64,000 bases of DNA from a virus. The stretch is taken from the IMG/VR virus record IMGVR_UViG_3300042323_000705, positions 9,779 to 73,778 of that record; one strand, given 5' to 3'. The translations under genes and the position numbers were made by a program. Positions 1 to 10,017 of this stretch are shown here, in pieces; position 1 is the first letter of the stretch, and the number at the start of each line of letters is the position of its first letter. Below the pieces are notes generated by a model. That model saw only the letters and a program-made list of their open reading frames with translations. It was not told where the DNA came from and searched no databases.

Positions 1-531
1 GGTGCTCAAGCAGGAGGAGGGTTCTTTAGTAGTCTCTTCTCAGGTATCCAAGGTTTCTTTGGAAACTTATTTGGTGGTATTGGTAACCTTTTCTCTGGCT
101 TGTTTGGTAGTGGTGGCCTTGGTGGGTTATTTAGCCTATTTAGTGGTGGTAGCTTATTTGGTGGTTTTGCTACTGGCGGTTTTGTTTCAGGACCAGGAAC
201 AGCTACTTCAGATTCTATTATGGCTATGCTATCCAATGGTGAGTATGTAGTAAATGCTGCTACAACTAAACGTTGGTTGCCTTTCCTTGAAACACTAAAT
301 GCTAACAAAGGTCGTCTACCAGCTTTTGCTAATGGTGGACTAGTTGGACCGAGCAATCCTAGTGCTTTTAAAACACTACAAGAAAATAATAACAATAAGG
401 ACAAACAACAAGTGTTCAACATTAATGTTTCAGGTGATGTCTCCATGCAAACTCGTAAAGAGATTGCCCGTATGATTCCGGAGATCACTGCTGGGGTCAA
501 TATGACTAATCGCGAGAGAGGATCACGATAA
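1..531 (+). CDS. Tail tape measure protein, C-terminal part (5' truncated by window)
   Basis: Frame 1 is open from base 1. Gly/Phe-rich repeats, then FATGGFVSGPGTATSDSIMAMLSNGEYVVNA, typical of tape measure C-termini; followed by tail-tip genes. Confidence 0.85.
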   Translation, partial: GAQAGGGFFSSLFSGIQGFFGNLFGGIGNLFSGLFGSGGLGGLFSLFSGGSLFGGFATGGFVSGPGTATSDSIMAMLSNGEYVVNAATTKRWLPFLETLNANKGRLPAFANGGLVGPSNPSAFKTLQENNNNKDKQQVFNINVSGDVSMQTRKEIARMIPEITAGVNMTNRERGSR

Positions 532-1136
532 TGACAGTTTATTATTTTGAGGGGAGCCCAATTGTGGCTCCTCTTACTATTGAATCTAATGAACCTGTAT
601 TTGTTGCAGATACAGTAAATCTTAAACAACAAAGGGCATCGCAAGGTGCCCAACGTTGGGAACTAAGCTTTCAAATTCAAACTAAAGATATAGAAGAAGA
701 TTACTTTGTTGGTATGGTAACAGGTATCAAAGATGCTAAGACTATGATTATGCCTCAGTTGCTTTCAGTTGATAAAAAAGTAACTGTAACTACTAACGGT
801 TCGGCTAGTGCTACTTCTGCAGGAGCTGACTCTGTTCTTATTAATTTTTCTCAAGCATCTAGACTTTTACCTAAAGGGTCTTTTATTAAATTTGCTAGTC
901 ATAGTAAAATTTATACAGTTACTGCAAACGTAACTACTCAAACAACTGTTGTTTCTGTGCCTATTTATCCATCTTTACGTCAAAGTATTTCTAGCTCAAC
1001 TGTAGTTCACCATCCAGGCTCAACTACAAAACCTGTTTTACAATACTACCGCGATTTAGAAACACTGCAAGGCATTATTTATGAAGACGGTGTACTTGTA
1101 AATCCTGGAACTATTAAGCTATTAGAGGCATTTTAA
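531..1136 (+). CDS. Putative distal tail protein
   Basis: 201 aa directly after the tape measure gene (TAATG overlap); QRWELSF motif; call rests on synteny. Confidence 0.6.
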   Translation: MTVYYFEGSPIVAPLTIESNEPVFVADTVNLKQQRASQGAQRWELSFQIQTKDIEEDYFVGMVTGIKDAKTMIMPQLLSVDKKVTVTTNGSASATSAGADSVLINFSQASRLLPKGSFIKFASHSKIYTVTANVTTQTTVVSVPIYPSLRQSISSSTVVHHPGSTTKPVLQYYRDLETLQGIIYEDGVLVNPGTIKLLEAF

Positions 1137-1137
1137 A

Positions 1138-1704
1138 ATGAGAACGCTAAGCGCAGCAGCATTAGCTGCAATAAATTTACCTAATCCAAAATTTGTATTA
1201 TTTGCAAAAATTGTGCTAAAAAGCACTACACTCTTAGTAACTAGTAACTCTTTTAATCATGATTTTAATGAAGAAACTTATTTAAGTAATAACTCTTTAG
1301 TTAGTTTTGGACCTCCAAGAATTTCAAGCTCAGTTGATCGTGAAGTATATGAGTTAATTTTCCTTGATCACGATAATTTAATTCAACAAGAATTAAGGCT
1401 TGGTATTACTGGGAAAAAAGTTACTGTCTATGCTGCTTTTTACAATAGCTCAAATGTTTTACTTAACTCAGTAAACGATGTTTTAATTGCCTATGAAGGT
1501 TTAATTGATAGTGGTAAAGTAGTTAATGATGGTTCAGTTAAGCAAGCTATCATATCAGTAGCTTCGCCAATGGCTACTTTAGATTCTATTGGTGGCTACA
1601 TCGTATCAAGAGATGGTATGGATCAAGTTAGCTCTACAGATACTTCTTTTGATGAAGTTTATGCTGGTGGCGACACTGTTAATCTTAAGTGGGGAAAAGA
1701 CTAA
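1138..1704 (+). CDS. Putative tail tip protein (lambda gpL/DUF2163-like)
   Basis: 188 aa between Dit-like and hub genes, ending in ...NLKWGKD. Confidence 0.55.
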   Translation: MRTLSAAALAAINLPNPKFVLFAKIVLKSTTLLVTSNSFNHDFNEETYLSNNSLVSFGPPRISSSVDREVYELIFLDHDNLIQQELRLGITGKKVTVYAAFYNSSNVLLNSVNDVLIAYEGLIDSGKVVNDGSVKQAIISVASPMATLDSIGGYIVSRDGMDQVSSTDTSFDEVYAGGDTVNLKWGKD

Positions 1705-4700
1705 TGGCATTTTTTACAGCATTTTTTACCACAGTAGTAGGCTTATCAGCAGCTGCTGCTGCTACTGCAGTTTCGTTAACCCTTACGGTAGCTTCAATAG
1801 CATATCAACAGTCTCGTATGAGAAAGCTTAGAAATGAGCTAGATAAGCGAAAGCAAGTTAACGTAGCTATAGATGGCGAACCTTTTTACTTGCCAATTGT
1901 TTACGGTAAAGCTAAAGTTTCAGGTGGTAAGGTTTATCATAAACTAAAAGATAGCTATACACATCCAACATCCATTAATGCTAATCAAACTTTTTTAAAT
2001 GGATTGACATCTAGTCGAACAGGTTCTAAAAATGAATACCTTTTTGTTCAGCAAGCTATCTGTTATGGCGGTATTAACAATGTAGTTGACATTACTGTTG
2101 ACGATAAAAATTGGGATGAAGAAACCTTAGCGTACGGGCAAAGAATTCATGTGTTTAAGGATGGTGGCGTAGCTGATACTATGGCAACCGCTAATGCAAT
2201 TCCTTCAACTAACCGGTTTACAAATACTGCTTACGCTTCTATGATTTTTAGATTAAACAGAGAAGAGTATAACTACAATAGCTCACCTAATGTATCTTTC
2301 TTTATTGAAGGGCAAAAAGTTTATGATATTGTAAATACTAGTGGTGTGTATTCTCTTTCTACTACTAAAAGTTTTACAGAAAATCCTGCTAGAATTCTTT
2401 TAGATTATCTTACAAATAACGTTTATGGAAAAGGGTTATCTCTTTCATCTATTGACTTAGCTTCTTTTTACAAAGCAAAAGTTATTTGTGATAGAATAGT
2501 TTCTACTAATGTTATACAAGATGGGCGTATTAATGGACGTAGACCTGATGTTGAAAATGAAGATGGCACTATTACAACTCAACCTCAGTTACCTAATACT
2601 TCTATAAAATTGTATGAGTGTAATATTGTTCTTGACTCAGAAAGACCTTTACGAGAAAATATTGAGATTATTTTAGAGTCTATGGAAGAGGCAGAACTAA
2701 TTTGGTCAGGCGGTAAATACAAGTTAATGCTTGATGCCCCTATTGATTTAGCTGAGCAAGATGCATTAGTTGTAGCTACTTTTACAGAGGAAGACATTAT
2801 CCGTGGAGGAATGGAGTTAGAGTTCCCTGACTCTTCTACACGTTACAACCAGTGCGTAGCTCGCTTTATGAGTGAATTTGAAAACTTTGTAGATGACACA
2901 GTTACTTGGCCAACTAGTTACTCTGCTCCTTACAATACTTACTTAACTGAAGATAGCGGAATTCTTTTAAAAACTGAAATTTATTTACCTTGCACTTCTG
3001 ATCCTTATCATGCTTTAGCTAAAGCAGAGCAAATCGTCAGAACTTCTAGAAGAGAAATGAGAGCTAAATTTACAGCTTCTAAAAAGGGTTTGCTACTAGA
3101 ACCTGGTGATATTATTAAGGTTACTGATAGCACTAGTGGTTTGCTTAATGAAACTATGAAAGTTGATTCTGTCAAAACTAATGCAGATTTAACGGTAAAT
3201 ATTGAAGCTAGACAGTATAGTTTTGAAAATTTTGCTTGGAACGTTCCAGATAACATTCCGTATGCTTCTGTAAAAACAGATTACTACTATCCTGTTGTAA
3301 AACCAACTAACGTGCTGTTTACCCCAGACAACCCTAATGGTGTTTTTGGAGTTAGCTCAGGAAAAATAACTTGGAATTATCCTAATACAGTTTCTGTAAA
3401 CGGCTTTTTAGTAGAGGTTTCTTCAGACAATGGAGTTACTTGGCAAGCCTTAACTACTACTTTAACTAACAGTTATGATGTTGTTGGTTTAAATAACGGG
3501 GTTTACAAGTTTTCTGTACGTTCTTTAAATAACTTAAATAAGTATTCTGCTAGAGTTTTAGCTAAAGATGCTGCAACTCAATTAGTAGAATCTTTTACTA
3601 TTCAAAAAGCAGCTGTTGATCAAGTAGCAGTTATTTATGCAAATAATGACAATATTGCAACTAACACTCAAACGTACTCTTTAGGCTTGAATGAGTATGT
3701 AGCTTACTATGTTTACTCAGGAGACTTACCAACACTACCTATCAGAACTGGAATTACTTTTGCTAGATTTATAGGTGCAGATGGTTTACCCGGTGTTAAT
3801 GGTATTGATGGCACATCAGGTACTAGTGTTGCACAACTACAGATTTACAAACGCTCTGCTACCGCTTTACCTACACCTACTGGTGGCTCTTTTAGTTTTG
3901 ATACAGGAGTATTAACTCCTCCTAGTGGTTGGTCAGCTACACCTCCCGCTGGTACAGATCCTTTGTATTCCTGCTTAGCTACTGCATCTATTGTAGGCAC
4001 TACTGGAACAGATACTAGTTTAACTTGGTCTTCTCCTACTATAGTTGTTCAAAATGGTTCTGCTGGTAAATCAGTTTATACTGCTATTGTCTTTAAACGC
4101 TCTACTACAGTACCTACTGCACCTACAGATGGATCTTTTAATTTTGGAACTAACGTTTTAACACCCCCTGTAGGCTGGTCTTTAGATGTACCTACAGGTA
4201 CAGACCCTGTTTATGCAGTTAGGTTTGTGTTTTCTATTATTGGAGATTCTGGTTTACAAAATGTTAGTCCTGCTTGGTCAACGCCTTTTATATTTGTTCA
4301 AGATGGCACTGATGGGGCTACAGGAGCTCCTGGTTCAAACGGTATCAGCACTTACCAGCTAAGTGTTTTTAGACGTTCTGCTGCAGCACCTGCTGTCCCT
4401 ACTGGAGGATCTTACAACTTTGGAACTCAGCTAGTAACAGCACCTTCTGGTTGGAGTGCTACTGTGCCTACAGGTACAGATCCTGTTTACGTTTCTACTG
4501 CTTTAGCTTCTGTTCAAGGCACAACTGGTTTAGACGATACACTAACTTGGTCTACTCCGGCTATACTTGCTCAAAATGGAACTCCAGGAGCAGATGGTGA
4601 AGACGCTTGGCCAGCAACAGGTAATGCTGTTGGAGGTTACAACGACTTGCAGTCTAACGCTGCATCACTAGATACTGATGTAGAATACCGATTAATTTCC

Positions 4701-5453
4701 TCAGGTGTTACAAGTACAAATAACTTAGCAATTACTACTGTATTACACATTGGCTATGCAAATGCTGATAATAATGTTCAGCAAAAGTTATCAACAGTTG
4801 TTGTTGGAGACTACGTTACCGTAACAGCTGTTTATGGAACAACAATTGTTAAGTTTGCTTATATCATAACTAGCGTAGCTAAACGTTCAAACTATACCTT
4901 TAACGCTATTGCTGGACAATATTTTTATGAGTTTGGTGTTACTTTAATAAAGTCTAACGCTGCAAGTTCAGCTATTGACTACACAACTGGTGGAAGTACT
5001 GCTACTTTTGATTTTTCTAGAGCCGTTGGAACTAGAGGTGCAGGCTGGTGGCGTTATGACGCTGGGGCAGCAGACTTGTCGGGAGTAGACACTACTGCAG
5101 AAGTAAACGTGTATTGGGATGCACTTCATACCCCAGATATTGATCCTGTAAAAGATGATCGTTTTGTTATTGCTACTACACATGTTAGCGGTACTAAAGC
5201 TTTTATATTTAACGGCACAGACTGGGTAACACAAGCAGCCTTTGTAGATGGAAATCTTCTTGTAGCAGGTACTGTAACAGCTAACGCTTTAGCTGCAAAC
5301 TCTGTTACTACAAACTCTATCTATGTTGGTCCAACAGAGGGTCTAAGTGATTTAACTTCAAATGCTGGTACAATTACAGCGGGGGTTTTAAGAAATAGCT
5401 CTGGTACTTTCGTTATCAACTTAACAGCTGGAACTATTACAATTTCAGTATAA
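1704..5453 (+). CDS. Central tail fibre / baseplate hub (lambda gpJ-like) with FN3-like region and three internal repeats
   Basis: LPIVYGK motif, NPARILLDYL, LEPGDII, FN3-like ITWNYP...YKFSVRS. The ATG at 1704 overlaps the upstream stop and is preferred over the ORF-track start at 1689. Confidence 0.85.
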   Translation: MAFFTAFFTTVVGLSAAAAATAVSLTLTVASIAYQQSRMRKLRNELDKRKQVNVAIDGEPFYLPIVYGKAKVSGGKVYHKLKDSYTHPTSINANQTFLNGLTSSRTGSKNEYLFVQQAICYGGINNVVDITVDDKNWDEETLAYGQRIHVFKDGGVADTMATANAIPSTNRFTNTAYASMIFRLNREEYNYNSSPNVSFFIEGQKVYDIVNTSGVYSLSTTKSFTENPARILLDYLTNNVYGKGLSLSSIDLASFYKAKVICDRIVSTNVIQDGRINGRRPDVENEDGTITTQPQLPNTSIKLYECNIVLDSERPLRENIEIILESMEEAELIWSGGKYKLMLDAPIDLAEQDALVVATFTEEDIIRGGMELEFPDSSTRYNQCVARFMSEFENFVDDTVTWPTSYSAPYNTYLTEDSGILLKTEIYLPCTSDPYHALAKAEQIVRTSRREMRAKFTASKKGLLLEPGDIIKVTDSTSGLLNETMKVDSVKTNADLTVNIEARQYSFENFAWNVPDNIPYASVKTDYYYPVVKPTNVLFTPDNPNGVFGVSSGKITWNYPNTVSVNGFLVEVSSDNGVTWQALTTTLTNSYDVVGLNNGVYKFSVRSLNNLNKYSARVLAKDAATQLVESFTIQKAAVDQVAVIYANNDNIATNTQTYSLGLNEYVAYYVYSGDLPTLPIRTGITFARFIGADGLPGVNGIDGTSGTSVAQLQIYKRSATALPTPTGGSFSFDTGVLTPPSGWSATPPAGTDPLYSCLATASIVGTTGTDTSLTWSSPTIVVQNGSAGKSVYTAIVFKRSTTVPTAPTDGSFNFGTNVLTPPVGWSLDVPTGTDPVYAVRFVFSIIGDSGLQNVSPAWSTPFIFVQDGTDGATGAPGSNGISTYQLSVFRRSAAAPAVPTGGSYNFGTQLVTAPSGWSATVPTGTDPVYVSTALASVQGTTGLDDTLTWSTPAILAQNGTPGADGEDAWPATGNAVGGYNDLQSNAASLDTDVEYRLISSGVTSTNNLAITTVLHIGYANADNNVQQKLSTVVVGDYVTVTAVYGTTIVKFAYIITSVAKRSNYTFNAIAGQYFYEFGVTLIKSNAASSAIDYTTGGSTATFDFSRAVGTRGAGWWRYDAGAADLSGVDTTAEVNVYWDALHTPDIDPVKDDRFVIATTHVSGTKAFIFNGTDWVTQAAFVDGNLLVAGTVTANALAANSVTTNSIYVGPTEGLSDLTSNAGTITAGVLRNSSGTFVINLTAGTITISV

Positions 5454-5465
5454 GGAATACTATAT

Positions 5466-5993
5466 ATGTATGAAATATTTTTAAATAAGATAGGTAAAAA
5501 ATTTAATGTAGTTAATGGCGAGTTTGTAGAAGACAGTGATGGAATACTTACTGTCTCTACTTCTCCTTTTAATAATAGTATTTATTTAAACACGCTAAAC
5601 AATACTTGGCTTGTAGTATCAGACCTCTTAATTGGTATTCCTTACAGAATAGCTAGAGATGATTGTGCTACACTTTGCGCTAGATACTTGGATAAACACT
5701 TTGGGTCTAAAATAGAAGAAAAGCTTTTTTCCCTTACTTTAAAAGAATGGACAAACTACATTAAACTTGGTGGTGAAACTCTTATTAAAGAAGTAGGAGG
5801 CTACGAAGTAAACTTATCACAACTAAAAGAAAAAGACGTAGTTTCTTATGAAATTGAAGATTCAAGAATTACGTCTCATCTTGCCGTTTATTTAGGAAAC
5901 AACAAAATACTACATCATGTACCTAACAAGTACTCTAGTATTGACGATATAGACATGTCAAAAGTAAAAAGGGTTTTTAGATATGGCAACTAG
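5466..5993 (+). CDS. NlpC/P60-like tail assembly protein (lambda gpK-like)
   Basis: DDCATL ... HLAVYLGNNKILHH gives the Cys-His pattern of NlpC/P60. Confidence 0.75.
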   Translation: MYEIFLNKIGKKFNVVNGEFVEDSDGILTVSTSPFNNSIYLNTLNNTWLVVSDLLIGIPYRIARDDCATLCARYLDKHFGSKIEEKLFSLTLKEWTNYIKLGGETLIKEVGGYEVNLSQLKEKDVVSYEIEDSRITSHLAVYLGNNKILHHVPNKYSSIDDIDMSKVKRVFRYGN

Positions 5994-6510
5994 TACATTT
6001 TACGCAGATAAAGATACTGGAGCAGTAATGATATCAAACATTACTGCAGGGTCTCCTACCTATGCTCAAATCCTTGCTAGCCCACAAACATACTTGTCTT
6101 ACATAAGATTCCATTCTAGTTTAAACTTTTTAACTATTAAAGGTGCAGTATCAGCGGCTTCAGTTACTTTTCCCGCATTTATTAGAGATACTTACACGGT
6201 AAGTCGCGATGGAGGCTGTCTTAACAGCGACGATTATTACACTACTATTGCACCTACAACAAAAATTCAAAGTGTAACAATTGGCACTTCACCTATTATT
6301 AACCCGGCATTTTGTCTGTTAGAGTATGCAGGAGAAATCTATGCAGATTTTTATGATGGCCTAACTACAGCAAGTGTAGATAGAAGAGTTTTTCCAGTGT
6401 ATAACTCTGCAGACAATACTATCAGGCTTCTTGCAGTAACTACTGCTGTATCTGCTGACGCAACTTCTCAAACACTAACTTCAGTTAAGGTTCATGTTGT
6501 AAATGGATAA
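5983..6510 (+). CDS. Putative tail-associated protein
   Basis: 175 aa beta-rich ORF coupled within the tail operon. Confidence 0.5.
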   Translation: MATSTFYADKDTGAVMISNITAGSPTYAQILASPQTYLSYIRFHSSLNFLTIKGAVSAASVTFPAFIRDTYTVSRDGGCLNSDDYYTTIAPTTKIQSVTIGTSPIINPAFCLLEYAGEIYADFYDGLTTASVDRRVFPVYNSADNTIRLLAVTTAVSADATSQTLTSVKVHVVNG

Positions 6511-7189
6511 GGTATTTATTAACTCTAGCAAAATTGAATGCAAAGATAATAGCGGAAATATTACTTTTAGTTCTAACTTTAATTATTTAAAAACTAATTC
6601 CGCTTCAAAAACAGAAATATCGGGTATTGCACTTACAAGAGTCCCACAAGGAGTTTCTACTGACTCTCAAGGTTTTGTTTCTTCAAAACAAGTTGGTAAT
6701 ATGAATTTTATATCTGCAACACCTAACAGCGGTGCACTTTTGGTTTTAAATCAAAGCATGAGTATTCAATTTTATTTTTCTAACTTTCACCCTGTGTCTA
6801 TAATGGGTTTTATTGGTAACAAACAAATTCTTCCTCAGTTTCAAACTGACCAGTCGATAAGCAGTACAAAGCATGCGCTTATTCAACAGTTTGTTAATGG
6901 TTCTTGGGTAACCAGGTATGAAAGCTTGTTAAACTCATTCTCTAGTTATTTTGCACCACAAGGAACACCACAGGCTTTTAATAGATTTTTTTATGTCCCT
7001 GATTGGGATAATGTTGCAATTATAAACAACTTAATTTCAACGCATGGTGGTGGAAACTACAGATTTTTTATAAATAGTAATTGGAATGTAGGCATGACTC
7101 CAGCTAATACTACTTATTTAGAGTTTGCTATGGCAAATTATCAACAAAGTGGCGGAGCTAGACTTATTAATGCAGAGATTACACCATGA
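6503..7189 (+). CDS. Putative tail-tip accessory protein
   Basis: 228 aa; N-terminus (INSSKIECKDNSGNITFSSN) resembles that of the next gene. Confidence 0.5.
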   Translation: MDKVFINSSKIECKDNSGNITFSSNFNYLKTNSASKTEISGIALTRVPQGVSTDSQGFVSSKQVGNMNFISATPNSGALLVLNQSMSIQFYFSNFHPVSIMGFIGNKQILPQFQTDQSISSTKHALIQQFVNGSWVTRYESLLNSFSSYFAPQGTPQAFNRFFYVPDWDNVAIINNLISTHGGGNYRFFINSNWNVGMTPANTTYLEFAMANYQQSGGARLINAEITP

Positions 7190-7680
7190 GCCTTAAAATT
7201 GATTCTAGCAAAATTTATATTCAAAACTCAAGTGGAGTCACTAAGTTTGATAGCTCTAATGGATTACTTTATCGTGCAGCTTACTTATCAGGAAGTCAAA
7301 CATTTTCAGGAGCTACTAACTACAACATTTCTCCACATGGTCTTAGCTATAACCCTAATACCGATATTATAGTAGGAAGCTACAAGATTACTGCATGCAG
7401 CGGTAACTTAGCCAGCGGCTTTCTTAATCTTCAACTACCTAGCTCTGTGCCTATTTGTTTACATGTAGAAAATGTAGCAGCAGTCCGTTCTTATGGCCAA
7501 CTAGACTCAAGGCCAAATATTTTAAGCATGATGGTAGACACAACTAATATTATGCTGCAATTTAGGAAAATTGGTTCACGAAGTCCAATAACTAATGCTA
7601 ATTTCGGAGCTCCAACTTTAAACCCTGATGTTTCTGTATCATTCACTTGGCAAATATCTTTATATAAAAGGACATATTAA
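7186..7680 (+). CDS. Putative tail-tip accessory protein
   Basis: 164 aa; N-terminus IDSSKIYIQNSSGVTKFDSSN; ATGA overlap. Confidence 0.5.
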   Translation: MSLKIDSSKIYIQNSSGVTKFDSSNGLLYRAAYLSGSQTFSGATNYNISPHGLSYNPNTDIIVGSYKITACSGNLASGFLNLQLPSSVPICLHVENVAAVRSYGQLDSRPNILSMMVDTTNIMLQFRKIGSRSPITNANFGAPTLNPDVSVSFTWQISLYKRTY

Positions 7681-7907
7681 TGGATATGACAAATAAAACT
7701 ATTAAAATTAATCACTTAAGTGTTGATTTTATAAAAGAAAAAACTATCTGCGATGTTTCTGTATACCAAGTTATTTCAGAAGGTATTCACAAAAAAGTTT
7801 TAGATCTTAGCTTAGAGGTTAGTTCTAGCTTTCAAGATGCAAATGATGACAGACTCACACTTAAAATTTTAGAAATTATCGGAGGATTAGATGTACCAAT
7901 TGGGTAA
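7680..7907 (+). CDS. Hypothetical protein
   Basis: 75 aa, translationally coupled. Confidence 0.55.
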   Translation: MDMTNKTIKINHLSVDFIKEKTICDVSVYQVISEGIHKKVLDLSLEVSSSFQDANDDRLTLKILEIIGGLDVPIG

Positions 7908-8313
7908 TAAATCTAAAGACAAACTAAAAGGTGTTCACCCTACTCTAGTACGAGTCATCGAGAGAGCTATCGAGTTATCCTCTCAAGACTTTATGGTGTT
8001 AGAAGGGTTACGTACTCCTGAACGTCAAGCAGAGCTGTACGCTCAAGGGCGTACTAAGCCAGGCCAAGTAGTTACTTGGACATTAAAATCAAGACATTTT
8101 GTTCAAGCAGATGGTTGGGGTCATGCAGTAGATATTGCTCCGTATCCTCTTGATTGGAATGATTTGTCAAAGTTTGAAGCTATTGCCGATGCAATGTTTC
8201 AGGCTTCTAAAGAACTAGGTACTCCGATTCGTTGGGGTGCTGACTGGGACCAAGATGGTCGTCCTCGTGAAAAAGGCGAAACAGATAGTCCCCATTTCGA
8301 GCTAGTAGTGTAA
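7891..8313 (+). CDS. Endolysin, peptidase M15 (L-Ala-D-Glu peptidase type)
   Basis: EGLRTPERQAELYAQGRT, SRH...GHAVD, WGADW, DSPHFEL zinc-ligand motifs; GGAGG RBS. Confidence 0.92.
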   Translation: MYQLGNKSKDKLKGVHPTLVRVIERAIELSSQDFMVLEGLRTPERQAELYAQGRTKPGQVVTWTLKSRHFVQADGWGHAVDIAPYPLDWNDLSKFEAIADAMFQASKELGTPIRWGADWDQDGRPREKGETDSPHFELVV

Positions 8314-8522
8314 TGAAAACTTACAAGCGTGAAGCGGCTATAGCAATTATCTTTTATCTTTGTTACTTGGGACTATACGGTCGTGTAGAAGCTCTAGAAG
8401 TTATCGCTTGGCCCTTCATGCTTTTTGTTGGAGCGGCCTTTGGTATGGATTGGGCAGGTAAACAAACCAGCTTAGTATCAAGAAAGAGAGAATACACAGA
8501 TGATGAGCTTAATAACAAATAA
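8313..8522 (+). CDS. Putative holin
   Basis: 69 aa, two hydrophobic segments, charged C-terminus, directly after the endolysin. Confidence 0.6.
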   Translation: MKTYKREAAIAIIFYLCYLGLYGRVEALEVIAWPFMLFVGAAFGMDWAGKQTSLVSRKREYTDDELNNK

Positions 8523-8745
8523 ACTTATGATAGGAGCGATTATTCTTCTTTTTAGCCTAGCAGGGGTAGCAAGCTATTACTTGTACAACAAAGGTTTTAA
8601 AGCTAAAGAGCAAGAGGTAATCATACAACAACAAGAAACTTACATTCAAACTAGGAGAAGGATCGATGAAGCCACTAGTGATAATCGTTCTGTTAACGAT
8701 GCTCTTGACAGGTTGCGGGCTAGGCAGAAATCTAGGAGTAAATGA
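8500..8745 (+). CDS. Putative i-spanin (Rz-like)
   Basis: N-terminal TM plus coiled-coil-like tail; overlaps a lipoprotein gene. Confidence 0.65.
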   Translation: MMSLITNKLMIGAIILLFSLAGVASYYLYNKGFKAKEQEVIIQQQETYIQTRRRIDEATSDNRSVNDALDRLRARQKSRSK

Positions 8746-8887
8746 GAAAGGGCTATGTGACGGTTTATCACCTAAGATAGACCGATTAAATGACGCTCTT
8801 CTGATTGACGGTGGTCAACAAACTATCCTTGCTGGTGAAGATGTAATTATAGGATTTGATGCAGGATGCTATGGACCAGTGGGTTGA
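8666..8887 (+). CDS. Putative o-spanin (Rz1-like lipoprotein)
   Basis: Signal peptide with lipobox LLTG-C; overlaps the i-spanin candidate in another frame. Confidence 0.7.
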   Translation: MKPLVIIVLLTMLLTGCGLGRNLGVNEKGLCDGLSPKIDRLNDALLIDGGQQTILAGEDVIIGFDAGCYGPVG

Positions 8888-9107
8888 CAAAATTATCGCA
8901 GGAGCAATAGCTACTGTCTTTGCTTCTATTACTTGGTTAGTTCGAACAGTTTTAACTAACAATCGTAAAATTGAGTTGCTACAATTAGAAATCAAAAATA
9001 GAGATCAACGTAGAGAAGAAGATCGTAAAGCAGTAGCTGAGTTAAAACAAGAAATGAAGGATCTTCGTAAAGAGCTTCATGATTATTTCTTCAGCAAGAA
9101 AGACTGA
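8856..9107 (+). CDS. Membrane protein of the lysis cassette (single TM plus coiled coil)
   Basis: IIAGAIATVFASITWLV TM followed by a charged heptad region. Confidence 0.55.
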   Translation: MMQDAMDQWVDKIIAGAIATVFASITWLVRTVLTNNRKIELLQLEIKNRDQRREEDRKAVAELKQEMKDLRKELHDYFFSKKD

Positions 9108-9134
9108 CAAAAAAAAAAAAAAAGAAAAGTGGAT

Positions 9135-9170
9135 AGCCCCCGCCAGCGCAATGCTGACAGGGGCTTTCTT
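9135..9170. terminator. Likely bidirectional intrinsic terminator between convergent blocks
   Basis: AGCCCC..CAGC GCAAT GCTG..GGGGCT followed by TTCTT; A15 tract at 9109-9123 on the other side. Confidence 0.75.
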
Positions 9171-9171
9171 A

Positions 9172-10017
9172 TTAAAAGTTATTAAGTGTTAGGTTATTAT
9201 AGCGTACTGCTGCTGCTTCTACAGGCTCTGCAAGTACCCAATCGCCTATAATTGTAGTTGGCTTTTGAGGTTTAATCTCTCCTTTTTTCATGTTCTCTAT
9301 TTTAAGTTGCAACTCAGGATGCAGCCTGTTAAGATAACCGTAGACTTTATTCTTGAAGTAAGCTGGGTGATCTAGGAAGTCTTCAGCCCAGTAACTAAAA
9401 GGAAAGTCAGTTAGCCCCCATTGAAACAACTCACCTAAACTTTCACAGTTTAGTACAAGTTCTCTTAACGCAGGTGCTTCTACAGGTAACCCTAGTGCTA
9501 CTAGCTTTTCTGTATGTACTTCTGGCTTATTAAACCGTTCAACGATATACTCGAAGCAGTAACAGTAAGTTTCTAGCATAAGTACTAGGTCTTCTTTCGA
9601 TACCTTCCTTTTCTTGTCTGCAAAGTGAAGATCTCGGAAAATAGCCGCAAGATACTGATCGTTCATCCTTTCAGTGATCACTAACTTTCTGTTGAAGCTA
9701 AAGAAGCGATTCCTTTCAAAGTTCTTGAAAGAATACTCTTCTAGCACCCTCAGAAAGTCTAACTTGAAGATAGAAAGATCTTCCTTGTAATCAGTACCGA
9801 AGTCTTTTGGTTCTGGTCCTCCTGCGAAGTAAAGGTTGAAATCATGCAACATCGTTTGAGCAAGCAGATTTCTGTTTTCTTCTGAGTAGTGAGTTCTCCA
9901 GTCTGCTCTGACTTTTAACCAAAACTCTGAAGATTCATAGCTCCATCCTAGATAATCAGGCTCAAACACCTTTTGAATCTGGTAGAGTACTTTAGATACT
10001 TTCCGGAAATTAATCAT
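9172..10017 (-). CDS. Hypothetical protein (last gene of the amidoligase cluster)
   Basis: 281 aa ORF coupled to the ATP-grasp gene. Confidence 0.7.
   Translation of the reverse strand: MINFRKVSKVLYQIQKVFEPDYLGWSYESSEFWLKVRADWRTHYSEENRNLLAQTMLHDFNLYFAGGPEPKDFGTDYKEDLSIFKLDFLRVLEEYSFKNFERNRFFSFNRKLVITERMNDQYLAAIFRDLHFADKKRKVSKEDLVLMLETYCYCFEYIVERFNKPEVHTEKLVALGLPVEAPALRELVLNCESLGELFQWGLTDFPFSYWAEDFLDHPAYFKNKVYGYLNRLHPELQLKIENMKKGEIKPQKPTTIIGDWVLAEPVEAAAVRYNNLTLNNF

Noticed and set aside
6-653. 215-aa minus-strand ORF and 82-aa ORF 2..250
   Set aside because: Shadows of the tape measure C-terminus, which is open in frame 1 from base 1.
9109-9123. A15 homopolymer as a phase-variation tract
   Set aside because: Intergenic and next to a terminator hairpin; more simply a minus-strand U-tract, and the length may be a sequencing artefact.
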